Positions 17,335-26,261 of a stretch of 32,000 bases of DNA are shown one piece after another. Both the position numbers and the translations under genes were made by a program. How positions within the stretch are numbered: the stretch's first letter is position 1; every line of letters begins with the position of its first letter. The notes beneath the pieces were generated by a model. The model saw nothing but the letters and a program-made list of their open reading frames with translations. It did not search any database and was not told the origin of the DNA. Location of the stretch: positions 1,723-33,722 of the forward strand of contig NZ_MPKA01000054.1 of NCBI RefSeq assembly GCF_001945605.1, read 5' to 3'. This DNA comes from Dubosiella newyorkensis (lineage in GTDB: Bacteria > Bacillota_I > Bacilli_A > Erysipelotrichales > Erysipelotrichaceae).

Positions 17335-17749
17335 AGGGGAATAAGAGGGTGTCTTGAGCTAATTTTTGAGCGATCGGCAAGTCTGCTGGAAGCCAGTCGA
17401 TTGAAAGAAGGTCAGCGGGCAAGACCCATTTGGCGGCTTCATGCTCCACCAATTGGAGCTCTCCGTTTTTGATCGTTCCAATAAAACAATCCATCGATAA
17501 AAGGAAAGAAGGATATTCATAGTCGATGTGCTCATAAAATTTTTGGATAGAGGTATCGACTTTAAGTTCTTCTTTGAGTTCCCGAACAAGAGCTTCTTCC
17601 TTGGTTTCATGGGGTTCTACTTTCCCTCCAGGAAACTCCCATCCTCCTTTAAATTCGCCATATCCGCGTTGCGTTGCTAAGATCTTTCCGTTTTGAATGA
17701 GGATCCCAGCGACGACGTGGATCTTTTTTTTAATTTGTGATGTAGTCAT
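17333..17749 (-). CDS. MutT/NudG-type Nudix (deoxy)nucleoside-triphosphate pyrophosphohydrolase
   Basis: Nudix box GGKVEPHETKEEALVRELKEELKV, 138 aa. Start set at the internal ATG 17749 (MTTSQIKKKIHVVAG). The longer track ORF would run 93 nt further into the upstream gene. Confidence 0.8.
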   Translation of the reverse strand: MTTSQIKKKIHVVAGILIQNGKILATQRGYGEFKGGWEFPGGKVEPHETKEEALVRELKEELKVDTSIQKFYEHIDYEYPSFLLSMDCFIGTIKNGELQLVEHEAAKWVLPADLLSIDWLPADLPIAQKLAQDTLLFP

Positions 17750-20648
17750 AAATGTCTGAGCGGACTGGATGTTCGAGTTCGTATTCGATTTCAACGGCGC
17801 TTTTGCCGCCAACAGTAACGGTTTTATAATGTCCAGTCGCAAAAATCCTTCCTAAGTAGTAGAATTCTTTTGATTCTTTGTCGTCTTTGTTTTTGCGAAC
17901 GAATAAATACATATTCACGTTTTTTTCTTTGGCTTTAAGCGCGATCGAAACATCGCTTGAATCGGGAGTCCTGCCTTGTTTTGAGATTGCTTTTAAAAGA
18001 CTTGGCGAAATAAAACGGTCTTCGTATTTTGTCGTTTCTGAAATCGTCTCTTCCTTCACATAATTAATATAGATAGGATATGTTTTTGTTTGTTCATCAT
18101 ACTTATATCCGCCAATATTCAAAGCGACTTCTCCTTTTTCCCAATTCAATAAACGGCCGACATCATCGTACGTGTACTTCGCATATAAAACAAAAGGCGA
18201 ATTATCACTTGAATGCAGATATTTTGTTTTATAAAGATAGATACCATACTCGATCACTTCTTCGATACTTTCTTTGAAATCTTTGTTTTTGAGTAAAGAA
18301 TCAAAGTGAGAAGAGATCGTATAATCGTTTCCTTCTTCCTTTAAAAAGATACAATCTTTATACGTATCCTTTCCCGTTCCTGTGATGTAGTTGTTCGTAA
18401 ATTGATTGACAAGATTGATCGTACCACTATGATCGAGATCAAGTCCATAGTCTTCTTTTAAGCAAGATGCAAAATGAGCAAAAGAAGGTTTCTTTTTGGA
18501 AAGAAGTTCTTTTAAAAGAAGAAGCTCATGGATCCTTTTTCCAGAAGCAAAACGCTTTGATATGTATTCTAAAATCTTTAATTGTTCTTTGGAAAAGGAG
18601 AATGGATACTCTTTTTCATATTTTTGTAAGTAAGCTGGATAGGAACCAAATTTTTGGAGGATCTTGGAAGGTTCGATTTCACCAAATTCTTCAAAATCCA
18701 TCAAGGTCGGTATTCTACCGAGCATTTGTTTTAACTGCAAATAAGAATCACGAATCAATTTTGTCGTTTGAAGCTTTGCTTGATCGATCGATTCGAAGAT
18801 TTTTTCTCGCGAGATCCGATCAAAATGGATCGTTGAGCTTCCGGGCAATAATCGATCGCCTTCTAAAACGAAGTGGCGGATCGTATCTTTGTTGTAGGTG
18901 CGATCGCTAGAAAGAGCGATCGGGATCATATAGTTGCTTTGATAATTACCAATAAAATCTAAGATCACGACATATTCTTTTTCTTTATATTTTCGTAAGC
19001 CTCTTCCAAGTTGTTGAATAAAGATGATCGGACTTTCTGTAGGACGTAGCATGATGATTTGATTGATACTTGGAATATCGACGCCTTCATTGAAGATTTC
19101 AACAGTAAAAATATAATCCAAACTGTTTTCTTTTTCATTTTGTGCAAGACGTGCGATCGCTTGTTCTCTTATTTGTGAAGAATCTTCACCTGTTAAATAT
19201 GTCGTATGAAACCCTTTTTGATTGAACCGGTTCGAAAGTTCTTTGGCTTCTTCTTTCCGAGAAACAAAGATCAATCCTTTTGGACGAGGACCACTATATC
19301 CATAGTATTGGATCTTTTCGATGATATAGTTCACGCGATCTTCTTGGATTAGATAGTTAAAATTTCTGAGATCTTCTTTTTCGTAAAGATTTCCATCAAC
19401 TAAAAAATCGGTGATCCCAAAATAATGGAAAGGACAAAGTAAATTTTCTTTTAAAGCTTGATTCAAACGGATCTCATAGGCGATGTTATGATCGAAAAGT
19501 GCATAGAGATCATAATTGTCTCTTCGTTCTGGAGTTGCTGTCATCCCTAACAAAAGTTTTGGTTCAAAATAATGAATTATTTTTTGATAGCTGTATGCAC
19601 CAGCACGATGAACTTCATCGATGATGATCGCATCAAACTCTCTTGGATCAAGATTTGATAGGACATCATCTTTAGAGACGAATTGGATCGTCGAAAATAC
19701 ATAGTCTGCCCTTGAGGATCGATGCTTGGAAGTCAATTTTCCATAGGTTCTTTCTTCTTTGAGAACGACTTGAAAGCTGTTGAGTGCTTGTTCTACGATC
19801 ACGTCACGATGAACAAGAAAGAGGATCCGCTGAAAATGGAGCTCGCGCATCGCAAAAGCAGCAGCAAATGTTTTCCCTGTCCCTGTAGAGCTGATCAATA
19901 AAGCCCGTTTTTGCCCATGATCGATGAGCTTTTTTAAATTTTTGATGAACGCGTGTTGCATCGTGTTTGGCTCAAGCTTTTGAACGATTGTTTTCGTATC
20001 CGTATGAGGTAAAGTACTGTTGAATGTTTTATGATAGTTTTTAAACTCTTCTTGATAAAAATCTTTGAATTCCACATAATCAAAACTCATTTCAGAATTC
20101 CAATACGTATTGAATTCAAAGAGAAGAGATGTGCTTAAGCTTCCTGTTTCTAAAGCAACGATGCGAGTATTCCATTCTTTATTCACTGTCAGCGCGGATT
20201 GGGTTAAGTTAGAGCTTCCAATGATTGCCCGAACTTGATTACCTCTTTTGAAAATATAGCCTTTTGTGTGAAAGCCGGGAGCGTTTGGCTGAACATGGTA
20301 GAGCTTGACTTCAATATTTTTTAAGTTCGAAAGACGCTCAAGTGCCGATGGATCAGAAAAACATAAGTAATCGGTCGTTAAGATCTTTCCGGGAATGCCT
20401 TTTTCTTCTAGTTCCTTGAATACTTGGAGAAGAGGAGTAAGGCCGCTCATGGTGATAAAAGCCGTGCTAAAACAAAAGGAATCACAATTCTTCAATTCTT
20501 CTTCAAGGGCGACAAGGACCTTTTTGCCTTGAAGAGGATCGTTTTGGAGAAGCTGTAATTCTAGGTCGGGACGAGAATAATAATCTTGATCGATCAAAGA
20601 TGTTTGTACTGAAGCTAATAATTCTTCTTTATGGATCGTAGTATACAT
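17730..20648 (-). CDS. PLD-family nuclease + SF2 (DEAH) helicase + DUF3427 protein; SauUSI-like type IV modification-dependent restriction endonuclease
   Basis: HKD motif GFHTKGYIF...IIGSSNLTQSAL. Helicase motifs STGTGKTF, IIIDEVHRAGA, GMTATPER, QQLGRGLR. About 330-aa C-terminal region ending ...KNVNMYLFVRKNKDDKESKEFYYLGRIF, as in DUF3427. RBS AGAGGGA. Noticeably AT-richer than the flanks. Confidence 0.75.
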   Translation of the reverse strand: MYTTIHKEELLASVQTSLIDQDYYSRPDLELQLLQNDPLQGKKVLVALEEELKNCDSFCFSTAFITMSGLTPLLQVFKELEEKGIPGKILTTDYLCFSDPSALERLSNLKNIEVKLYHVQPNAPGFHTKGYIFKRGNQVRAIIGSSNLTQSALTVNKEWNTRIVALETGSLSTSLLFEFNTYWNSEMSFDYVEFKDFYQEEFKNYHKTFNSTLPHTDTKTIVQKLEPNTMQHAFIKNLKKLIDHGQKRALLISSTGTGKTFAAAFAMRELHFQRILFLVHRDVIVEQALNSFQVVLKEERTYGKLTSKHRSSRADYVFSTIQFVSKDDVLSNLDPREFDAIIIDEVHRAGAYSYQKIIHYFEPKLLLGMTATPERRDNYDLYALFDHNIAYEIRLNQALKENLLCPFHYFGITDFLVDGNLYEKEDLRNFNYLIQEDRVNYIIEKIQYYGYSGPRPKGLIFVSRKEEAKELSNRFNQKGFHTTYLTGEDSSQIREQAIARLAQNEKENSLDYIFTVEIFNEGVDIPSINQIIMLRPTESPIIFIQQLGRGLRKYKEKEYVVILDFIGNYQSNYMIPIALSSDRTYNKDTIRHFVLEGDRLLPGSSTIHFDRISREKIFESIDQAKLQTTKLIRDSYLQLKQMLGRIPTLMDFEEFGEIEPSKILQKFGSYPAYLQKYEKEYPFSFSKEQLKILEYISKRFASGKRIHELLLLKELLSKKKPSFAHFASCLKEDYGLDLDHSGTINLVNQFTNNYITGTGKDTYKDCIFLKEEGNDYTISSHFDSLLKNKDFKESIEEVIEYGIYLYKTKYLHSSDNSPFVLYAKYTYDDVGRLLNWEKGEVALNIGGYKYDEQTKTYPIYINYVKEETISETTKYEDRFISPSLLKAISKQGRTPDSSDVSIALKAKEKNVNMYLFVRKNKDDKESKEFYYLGRIFATGHYKTVTVGGKSAVEIEYELEHPVRSDIYDYITN

Positions 20649-20726
20649 GTGGTTCCCTCTTATTGGCAGGATAGCATATTCAAAGCTTTAGATCAAAAAG
20701 ACAAAGAGAATTGATATAATTGAAAC

Positions 20727-21285
20727 ATGGATACCAAAGAAAAGATCGGCTACACGCCTCTAGAAAAGATCAAAAAAAAAGCCACTTTCAAAGATCACGA
20801 TCCAAGAGATCGCAAAAGAAGCCCAAGTCTCTAAACAAACTTTTTATAATTATTTTGAAGATAAGGAAGCTCTCATCCAATATATCTATGTCCACTTCAT
20901 CATTCCTGACTTTGATGAGACAGTTTTTTCAGTTTCTTTTTTCCAAAGCTATCTACGATCGTTGAAGCAAATGAAAAAATACGGATCCTTTATGAAGCAA
21001 GCATTGATGATCGAAGGACAAAACAGTTTAAGATCGTATATTTCAACCCATTGCGAAACGTTCGATCTAGCCTATCATCGATATTTGTATGGAAAAGAAC
21101 TGAATGAAACGTTGCGCTTATCCACGATTTATCATGCCTCTGCCTCAAGCGCAATGACTTTTTCTTGGATCTTAGGAGAATTTCAAGGAAAAGAAGAAGA
21201 GCTTGCCAAACTTGTCTGCCAAATGAGACGTCTTGGAATGGATGCTCTTTGTCAAAAACAAGATCCGTATCAAGTGGACGATTGA
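20727..21285 (+). pseudogene. TetR-family regulator interrupted by a frameshift in an A9 run (20772-20780)
   Basis: ATG 20727 gives MDTKEKIGYTPLEKIKKK and then goes out of frame. The frame ending at 21285 reads ...PLSKITIQEIAKEAQVSKQTFYNYFEDKEALIQYIY... (TetR HTH). Eight As would join the two. Extended -10 TGATATAAT at 20712-20720. Confidence 0.7.
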
Positions 21286-21309
21286 TCAAAAACGTAAATC
21301 GTCTTTTTT
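21277..21309 (+). terminator. Terminator after the TetR gene
   Basis: gacgatt / aatcgtc stem followed by T6. Confidence 0.6.
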
Positions 21310-21355
21310 CATCGTTTTTGATATGATTAAAACAACATAAAGACGAGGGAAGAAG

Positions 21356-22183
21356 ATGAAAAAACTAGAGAGAAGCCAACAAGGGCAAGTGATCGCACCG
21401 GCTTCGATCGCGATCAAAAAAGAAGCATTTGACAACCGTCAAGAAACAGCGATCTATTGGCTAGGAGGAGGAGCAGCCATGATCAATTCGCATGGAACGA
21501 ATCTTTTGATCGATCCAGTACTCGAAGGATTTGACCTTCCGCTGCTCATAGAAAATCCGTTGCCGATCGAAGAGGTTGGAAAAGTCGATGGCGTTTTGAT
21601 CACCCATATTGACAATGATCATTTTTCAAGACCGACACTCAAAGATATTCGTGAGCAGACTTTTTCCTATCATGCGCCTCATTATGTGGCTGAGCAAATG
21701 CAAAAGGAAGGACTTCCAGGCACAGGACACGATATTTACGACACGTTTTCAATAGGAACGATGAAGATCCGCCTAACACCCGCTTGCCACAATTGGCAGA
21801 ACGGTTCTTCCAAATACAATTTCCGATATTGGAAGGAAGAGGATTATTGTGGCTATTGGATCGACACGCAAGATGGCTCGATTTGGATGCCGGGCGATTC
21901 GAAACTGCTTCATTCTCAATTGCATATGCCTGATCCCGATGCGATCTTGTTCGATTTTGCGGATAATGACTGGCATATTACTTTAGAAGGCGCGATCCAG
22001 CTTGCCAACAACTATCCAAAGGCAGATTTGATCTGTATTCATTGGGGGACGGTCGATGCGCCAGAAATGACGCCATTCAATGGAGATCCAGAAATTTTGA
22101 AAGAGCGGATCCAAACCCCAGAACGGCTTCATATTCTTGCGCCTGGTGAAAAATTTGTTTTGATAAAAAAGAAAGACTGCTGA
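21356..22183 (+). CDS. MBL-fold metallo-hydrolase
   Basis: LLIDPV...VLITHIDNDHF (HxxxDH-type metal motif), 275 aa, GAGGGAAG RBS. Confidence 0.7.
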   Translation: MKKLERSQQGQVIAPASIAIKKEAFDNRQETAIYWLGGGAAMINSHGTNLLIDPVLEGFDLPLLIENPLPIEEVGKVDGVLITHIDNDHFSRPTLKDIREQTFSYHAPHYVAEQMQKEGLPGTGHDIYDTFSIGTMKIRLTPACHNWQNGSSKYNFRYWKEEDYCGYWIDTQDGSIWMPGDSKLLHSQLHMPDPDAILFDFADNDWHITLEGAIQLANNYPKADLICIHWGTVDAPEMTPFNGDPEILKERIQTPERLHILAPGEKFVLIKKKDC

Positions 22184-22202
22184 GCGATCAGCAGCCTTTT
22201 TT
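22177..22202. terminator. Bidirectional terminator (MBL gene / folT)
   Basis: ctgctga / tcagcag stem followed by ccTTTTTT, with an A-run upstream. Confidence 0.7.
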
Positions 22203-22746
22203 ACAGCTTGAGTTGCGGTTTGATGCGTGCGCACATCCGCAATAAAAGATAGAGCATCGTGCAGTCGATCGGGAACATGATCACATTTTTTAATAAGCGA
22301 GCCCCCACTAAAACAAAGAAGCTATCGCCATACATGATCGACATCCATAATGAGTTCAAAAATAAGTAGTTGATCAAAACGACGAGCAACCTTGCGACGA
22401 GCACTCTCCACACCTTGACAGGCTGTTCATAAAAGAACGAGGAAAAAATAAAAGCAAGCAAGATGGCATTGAGCGCATAACCAGGAAAATACGGACCATC
22501 AGGATGCATCGCATAACCGATAAAATCCATGATCAACCCAGCAATCATATTCGGATAAGGTCCATAAAAATAACAGCTTGCGGCTGTGGCTAAAAAGCCA
22601 AAAGTGATTCGCAACGTGGGCGCTAGGTAAATGTTGAACATGTCGAGAATGACTTCAAGAGCACAGAACATGGCGACTCCCACGATCACTTTCGTGTTGG
22701 TGATGGCGCGAGCATTGTCTTTCAACATAACAAAGTATTGATGCAT
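22201..22746 (-). CDS. folT: ECF-transporter S component, folate family
   Basis: 181 aa from ATG 22746 (AAGGAGG RBS) with six hydrophobic helices. It sits directly downstream of a THF riboswitch. Confidence 0.65.
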   Translation of the reverse strand: MHQYFVMLKDNARAITNTKVIVGVAMFCALEVILDMFNIYLAPTLRITFGFLATAASCYFYGPYPNMIAGLIMDFIGYAMHPDGPYFPGYALNAILLAFIFSSFFYEQPVKVWRVLVARLLVVLINYLFLNSLWMSIMYGDSFFVLVGARLLKNVIMFPIDCTMLYLLLRMCARIKPQLKL

Positions 22747-22799
22747 AAAAAAACCTCCTTTCCCTCGTGCAAAGAAAAAAGAGGTCGTATTTCTTATTT

Positions 22800-22912
22800 C
22801 TTGGCAACAGCGGGATGCAGAAAACCAATCGCAAGTTTCGTTTCCTTTTCGTTTTAGAACCAACTCCCCGTGTTCTAAACACTTAACGCTTGTTTTCTTA
22901 CTCTGCTACGAC
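22800..22912 (-). promoter_or_regulatory. THF (tetrahydrofolate) riboswitch
   Basis: Minus-strand RNA GUAGCAGAGUAAGAAAACAAGCGUUAAGUGUUUAGAACACGGGGAGUUGGUUCUAAAACGAAAAGGAAACGAAACUUGCGAUUGGUUUUCUGCAUCCCGCUGUUGCC carries the conserved THF blocks AGAGUA, GCGUUAAGUG, GGGAGU, ACGAA and UGCAUCCCGCU. The downstream ACCUCUUUU can pair with AAAGGAGGU (the RBS). Confidence 0.75.
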
Positions 22913-22916
22913 CCTT

Positions 22917-22944
22917 AGTATAGGCCGATTTTTTGATTTGTAAA
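22917..22944 (-). promoter_or_regulatory. Promoter of the THF riboswitch-folT transcript
   Basis: Minus strand TTTACA, 16-bp spacer, TATACT. Confidence 0.5.
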
Positions 22945-23070
22945 CCACAAAAATTCCACAATCTGGAAAACGTTTTCTTTTTTAGAAATATGCTAAAAAG
23001 TTCACAATCTTACATATAGAAAAATTGAAATATCTATTCTATACTACAAATGAAAAGAGGAATAAATTGT

Positions 23071-24045
23071 ATGATAATTGATAAATTAGAAGATAAAGTC
23101 CGCGGTAGAGGGACTAAGATCGTCTTTACAGAAGGTTGGGATCCTCGTGTTCAAAAAGCTGTCATTGAATTGAAAAAAAATGACGTCGTAGAACCGATCC
23201 TTTTAGGAGAAAAAGAAGAAATCGAAAGTTGCGCGAAAGAAAATGGATTCGACTTGACAGGGATCCAAATGCTTTCTCCTTCCGATTTCCCAGATATGGA
23301 TGCGATGGCTTTGAAAATGGTCGAACTCCGTCGTGGTAAATTAGATATGGCTCGTTGCCGCAAAGCATTGGAGAGCACGAACTACTTTGGAACGATGCTC
23401 GTTCAAATGGGCTATGCGGATGGCTTGCTCGGTGGTGCGACATATTCGACAGCCGATACGGTGCGTCCAGCGCTTCAATTAGTCAAAGCAGCTCCAGGAA
23501 ACGCGCTAGTATCTTCTTCGTTCTTGCTAGTCAAAGGGGATGAAGAATACGTGATGGGCGATTGCTCCATCAACATTAATCCAAATGCGGATGATCTTGT
23601 TGAGATCACGATGCAGACGGCATTTACTGCTCGTCAATTTGGTTTGGAACCAAAAGTCGCTCTCCTTTCGTATTCGACGATGGGTTCTGCAAAAGGGGAT
23701 TGTGTAGCGAAGATGGCCGAAGCCGCTGTTCGTTTGAAACGTATGCCGATCGATTTTGCTGTCGATGGAGAAATGCAGTTTGACTGTGCCGTATCTCCCG
23801 AAGTCGCAGAATTAAAAGCGCCACATTCGACCGTTGCCGGACATGCCAACACATTTATTTTCCCAAATCTTTCCAGCGGAAATATTGGATATAAGATTGC
23901 TGCCCGCCTAGGCGGATGGGAAGCGATCGGACCTGTTCTTCAAGGTTTGAACGCGCCGATCAATGACTTGTCGCGAGGATGCACTTGGGAAGAGATCTAC
24001 AAGATGGCAATCGTAACGGCTGCCCAAAAATCATTAGGAATCTAA
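23071..24045 (+). CDS. pta: Phosphate acetyltransferase
   Basis: Collinear with Bacillus Pta as I recall it: KIVFTEGWDPRV...NYFGTMLV...STADTVRPALQ...GNIGYKIAARLG...LQGLNAPINDLSRGC. Confidence 0.92.
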   Translation: MIIDKLEDKVRGRGTKIVFTEGWDPRVQKAVIELKKNDVVEPILLGEKEEIESCAKENGFDLTGIQMLSPSDFPDMDAMALKMVELRRGKLDMARCRKALESTNYFGTMLVQMGYADGLLGGATYSTADTVRPALQLVKAAPGNALVSSSFLLVKGDEEYVMGDCSININPNADDLVEITMQTAFTARQFGLEPKVALLSYSTMGSAKGDCVAKMAEAAVRLKRMPIDFAVDGEMQFDCAVSPEVAELKAPHSTVAGHANTFIFPNLSSGNIGYKIAARLGGWEAIGPVLQGLNAPINDLSRGCTWEEIYKMAIVTAAQKSLGI

Positions 24046-24097
24046 GGAATTAAGAAGAAGGATGCCTCTTCTTCTTTTTTTGTGGTATATTGTTTGC

Positions 24098-24583
24098 ATG
24101 ATGGAACAGAAAGAAAAATTTCCCTATGAGATCGAGGATGGCGCGATCATGGATTTTGTCGATGGCAAATTCATGTTTGTCTTAAAAGATCACGCGTGGT
24201 CCGAGGAAGAAATCAAGATGCTTAAGAAAGTCAGGATCGCTTTTTGTTTTACGAACGATCTAGCGATTTTCGTTTTAGAGGGTGGCGACATCGACTCGAG
24301 CGATTTTTACTTCAACATCCAAGAGTGCGATGAAAAAGATCGTTTGCTCAGTCAAGAGATCTTGCCAGTCGAAATGGTGCTGGTGGATCAAAACAACGAG
24401 ATCTGCCTCAAAAAGTCGGGCGCTTTCTCAAAAGAAGAGAGCACAAAGATCAAAGACTTTTTGAAACGGCAAAGCGAGATCTCGTTTATGCCAGGAGAGT
24501 ATGACGTCAATGTATCAGGTATGCAGGCGGCCTACGAACCCTATGAATTGCTGAAATATGAACAGTGTGCGATCACGATATAG
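24098..24583 (+). CDS. Hypothetical protein
   Basis: 161-aa acidic protein with no recognisable motif. No clear RBS, so the start is uncertain (24062 or 24098). Lies 10 nt upstream of the ACT gene. Confidence 0.45.
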   Translation: MMEQKEKFPYEIEDGAIMDFVDGKFMFVLKDHAWSEEEIKMLKKVRIAFCFTNDLAIFVLEGGDIDSSDFYFNIQECDEKDRLLSQEILPVEMVLVDQNNEICLKKSGAFSKEESTKIKDFLKRQSEISFMPGEYDVNVSGMQAAYEPYELLKYEQCAITI

Positions 24584-24592
24584 GAGGATTTT

Positions 24593-24859
24593 ATGAAAGC
24601 GGTAATTACAGTAGTCGGAAGCGATCGAGTGGGCATTTTAGCTATGATCGCCAATGCGTGCGCAAAATATGATGTAAATGTGTTAGATGTTTCGCAAACG
24701 ATCGTCGATGGCATCTTTACGATGACGATGATCACCGATTGTTCAAAAGTCAAAGACTTTGGATCGTTTGCCTCTTTTATGGAAAAGCTTGGACAAGAAA
24801 ATTCTTTGATCGTGCGCGTCATGAACCAAAATATCTTTGACGCGATGCATACGGTGTAA
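24593..24859 (+). CDS. ACT-domain protein (UPF0237 family)
   Basis: MKAVITVVGSDRVGILAMIAN...VNVLDVSQTIVDGIFTM. AGGAGG RBS. Conserved partner of UPF0210. Confidence 0.8.
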   Translation: MKAVITVVGSDRVGILAMIANACAKYDVNVLDVSQTIVDGIFTMTMITDCSKVKDFGSFASFMEKLGQENSLIVRVMNQNIFDAMHTV

Positions 24860-24862
24860 GCT

Positions 24863-26218
24863 ATGCAGACACAACAAATCTTAGAGACGATCAAGATGAT
24901 CGACGAAGACTATTTAGATATTCGCACGATCACGATCGGTATTTCTTTGTTGGATTGCATCGATCCGGACATCCATGCTTCTTGTCGAAAAGTCGAAGAA
25001 AAAATTTGCCGGATCGCCAAAGATCTCGTGCCTGTTGCCGAAGAGATCTCAAGAACGTATGGTATCCCGATCGTCAACAAACGCGTATCTGTGACGCCGA
25101 TCTCGCTTTTGTGTTCCGCTACGCAAGGAGATCCGATCGAATATGCTCTGACATTAGAACGTTGCGCACAAAAGTTAGGTGTCGATTTTATTGGCGGTTA
25201 TTCGGCATTGGTGCAAAAAGGATATACAGAAGGGGATCGGCGCTTGATTCGTTCGATCCCGCAAGCCCTCAAACAAACGAGTCATGTATGCTCGAGCGTC
25301 AATATCGGTTCGACCAAAGCAGGCATCAACATGAATGCGGTCAAAGAAATGGGCCAGATCATCCGTGATTGTGCTGAGCTTACAAAAGATGATAATTGTC
25401 TTGGGGCCGCAAAGCTGGTCGTTTTCTGCAATGCCCCAGAAGATAATCCATTTATGGCGGGTGCTTTTCATGGAGTTGGAGAAGCGGATTGTGTGATCAA
25501 TGTCGGTGTCTCTGGTCCAGGAGTTGTGCGTGCAGCGCTTGCGAAAGCGTCAAAAACAGCGCCAATGGATGAGTTGGCGGATCTGATCAAGCGGACCGCG
25601 TTCAAGATCACTCGAATGGGTCAAATGGTTGGCGTCTTAGCCAGCGAAAAACTAGGGATCCCTTTTGGGATCGTGGATCTTTCTTTAGCGCCTACTCCAG
25701 CTATTGGGGATTCAGTAGCCCACATTTTAGAAGAGATGGGACTCTCGACATGTGGAGCCTATGGAACGACCGCTTGTTTGGCGATGCTCAATGACGCGGT
25801 AAAAAAAGGCGGCGTCATGGCTACAAGTCATGTAGGTGGTCTTTCAGGTGCGTTCATTCCCGTTTCAGAGGATGCAGGTATGATCGATGCGGCTCGTTCT
25901 GGTGTTCTCAATCTTGAAAAGCTGGAAGCGATGACGGCTGTCTGCTCGGTCGGTCTTGATATGATCATCATTCCAGGCGATACTCCGGCCTCGATCATTT
26001 CTGGTATCATTGCCGATGAAGCGGCGATCGGTATGGTCAACTCGAAAACAACGGCGGTCCGTTTGATTCCGGCTGTCGGGAAAAAAGTGGGCGAAGAGCT
26101 CAACTTTGGCGGATTACTGGGCCATGGTCCGATCATGAAGGTCAATATGGCAAGCAATGAAATCATGATCGATCGTGGCGGCCGGATCCCAGCACCTCTG
26201 CAGTCTTTGAAAAACTAA
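24863..26218 (+). CDS. UPF0210 / DUF711 (PFL-like) protein
   Basis: 451 aa: [27 protein letters not shown]...[13 protein letters not shown]..., typical UPF0210. Lies 3 nt after the ACT gene. Confidence 0.8.
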   Translation: MQTQQILETIKMIDEDYLDIRTITIGISLLDCIDPDIHASCRKVEEKICRIAKDLVPVAEEISRTYGIPIVNKRVSVTPISLLCSATQGDPIEYALTLERCAQKLGVDFIGGYSALVQKGYTEGDRRLIRSIPQALKQTSHVCSSVNIGSTKAGINMNAVKEMGQIIRDCAELTKDDNCLGAAKLVVFCNAPEDNPFMAGAFHGVGEADCVINVGVSGPGVVRAALAKASKTAPMDELADLIKRTAFKITRMGQMVGVLASEKLGIPFGIVDLSLAPTPAIGDSVAHILEEMGLSTCGAYGTTACLAMLNDAVKKGGVMATSHVGGLSGAFIPVSEDAGMIDAARSGVLNLEKLEAMTAVCSVGLDMIIIPGDTPASIISGIIADEAAIGMVNSKTTAVRLIPAVGKKVGEELNFGGLLGHGPIMKVNMASNEIMIDRGGRIPAPLQSLKN

Positions 26219-26226
26219 ATTTAAGG

Positions 26227-26255
26227 TTTACATTCCAAACACATCTGTTTATAAT
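26227..26255 (+). promoter_or_regulatory. Promoter of the T-box leader
   Basis: TTTACA, 17-bp spacer, TATAAT. Confidence 0.7.
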
Positions 26256-26261
26256 GTTTCC

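Noticed and set aside
17750-17842. Longer 169-aa form of the Nudix ORF
   Set aside because: The extra 31 codons lie inside the 3' end of the restriction gene and add a non-Nudix leader. The internal ATG at 17749 gives a canonical MutT of about 138 aa.
20720-20965. 81-aa ORF (MKHGYQRKDRLH...) listed in the track
   Set aside because: It is an out-of-frame reading of the TetR gene 5' region. The K/R/S-rich product is an artefact of the A-rich sequence.
22747-22863. N-terminal extension of folT in the ORF track (220 aa)
   Set aside because: The extension is translated through the THF riboswitch. ATG 22746 has a perfect AAGGAGG RBS.
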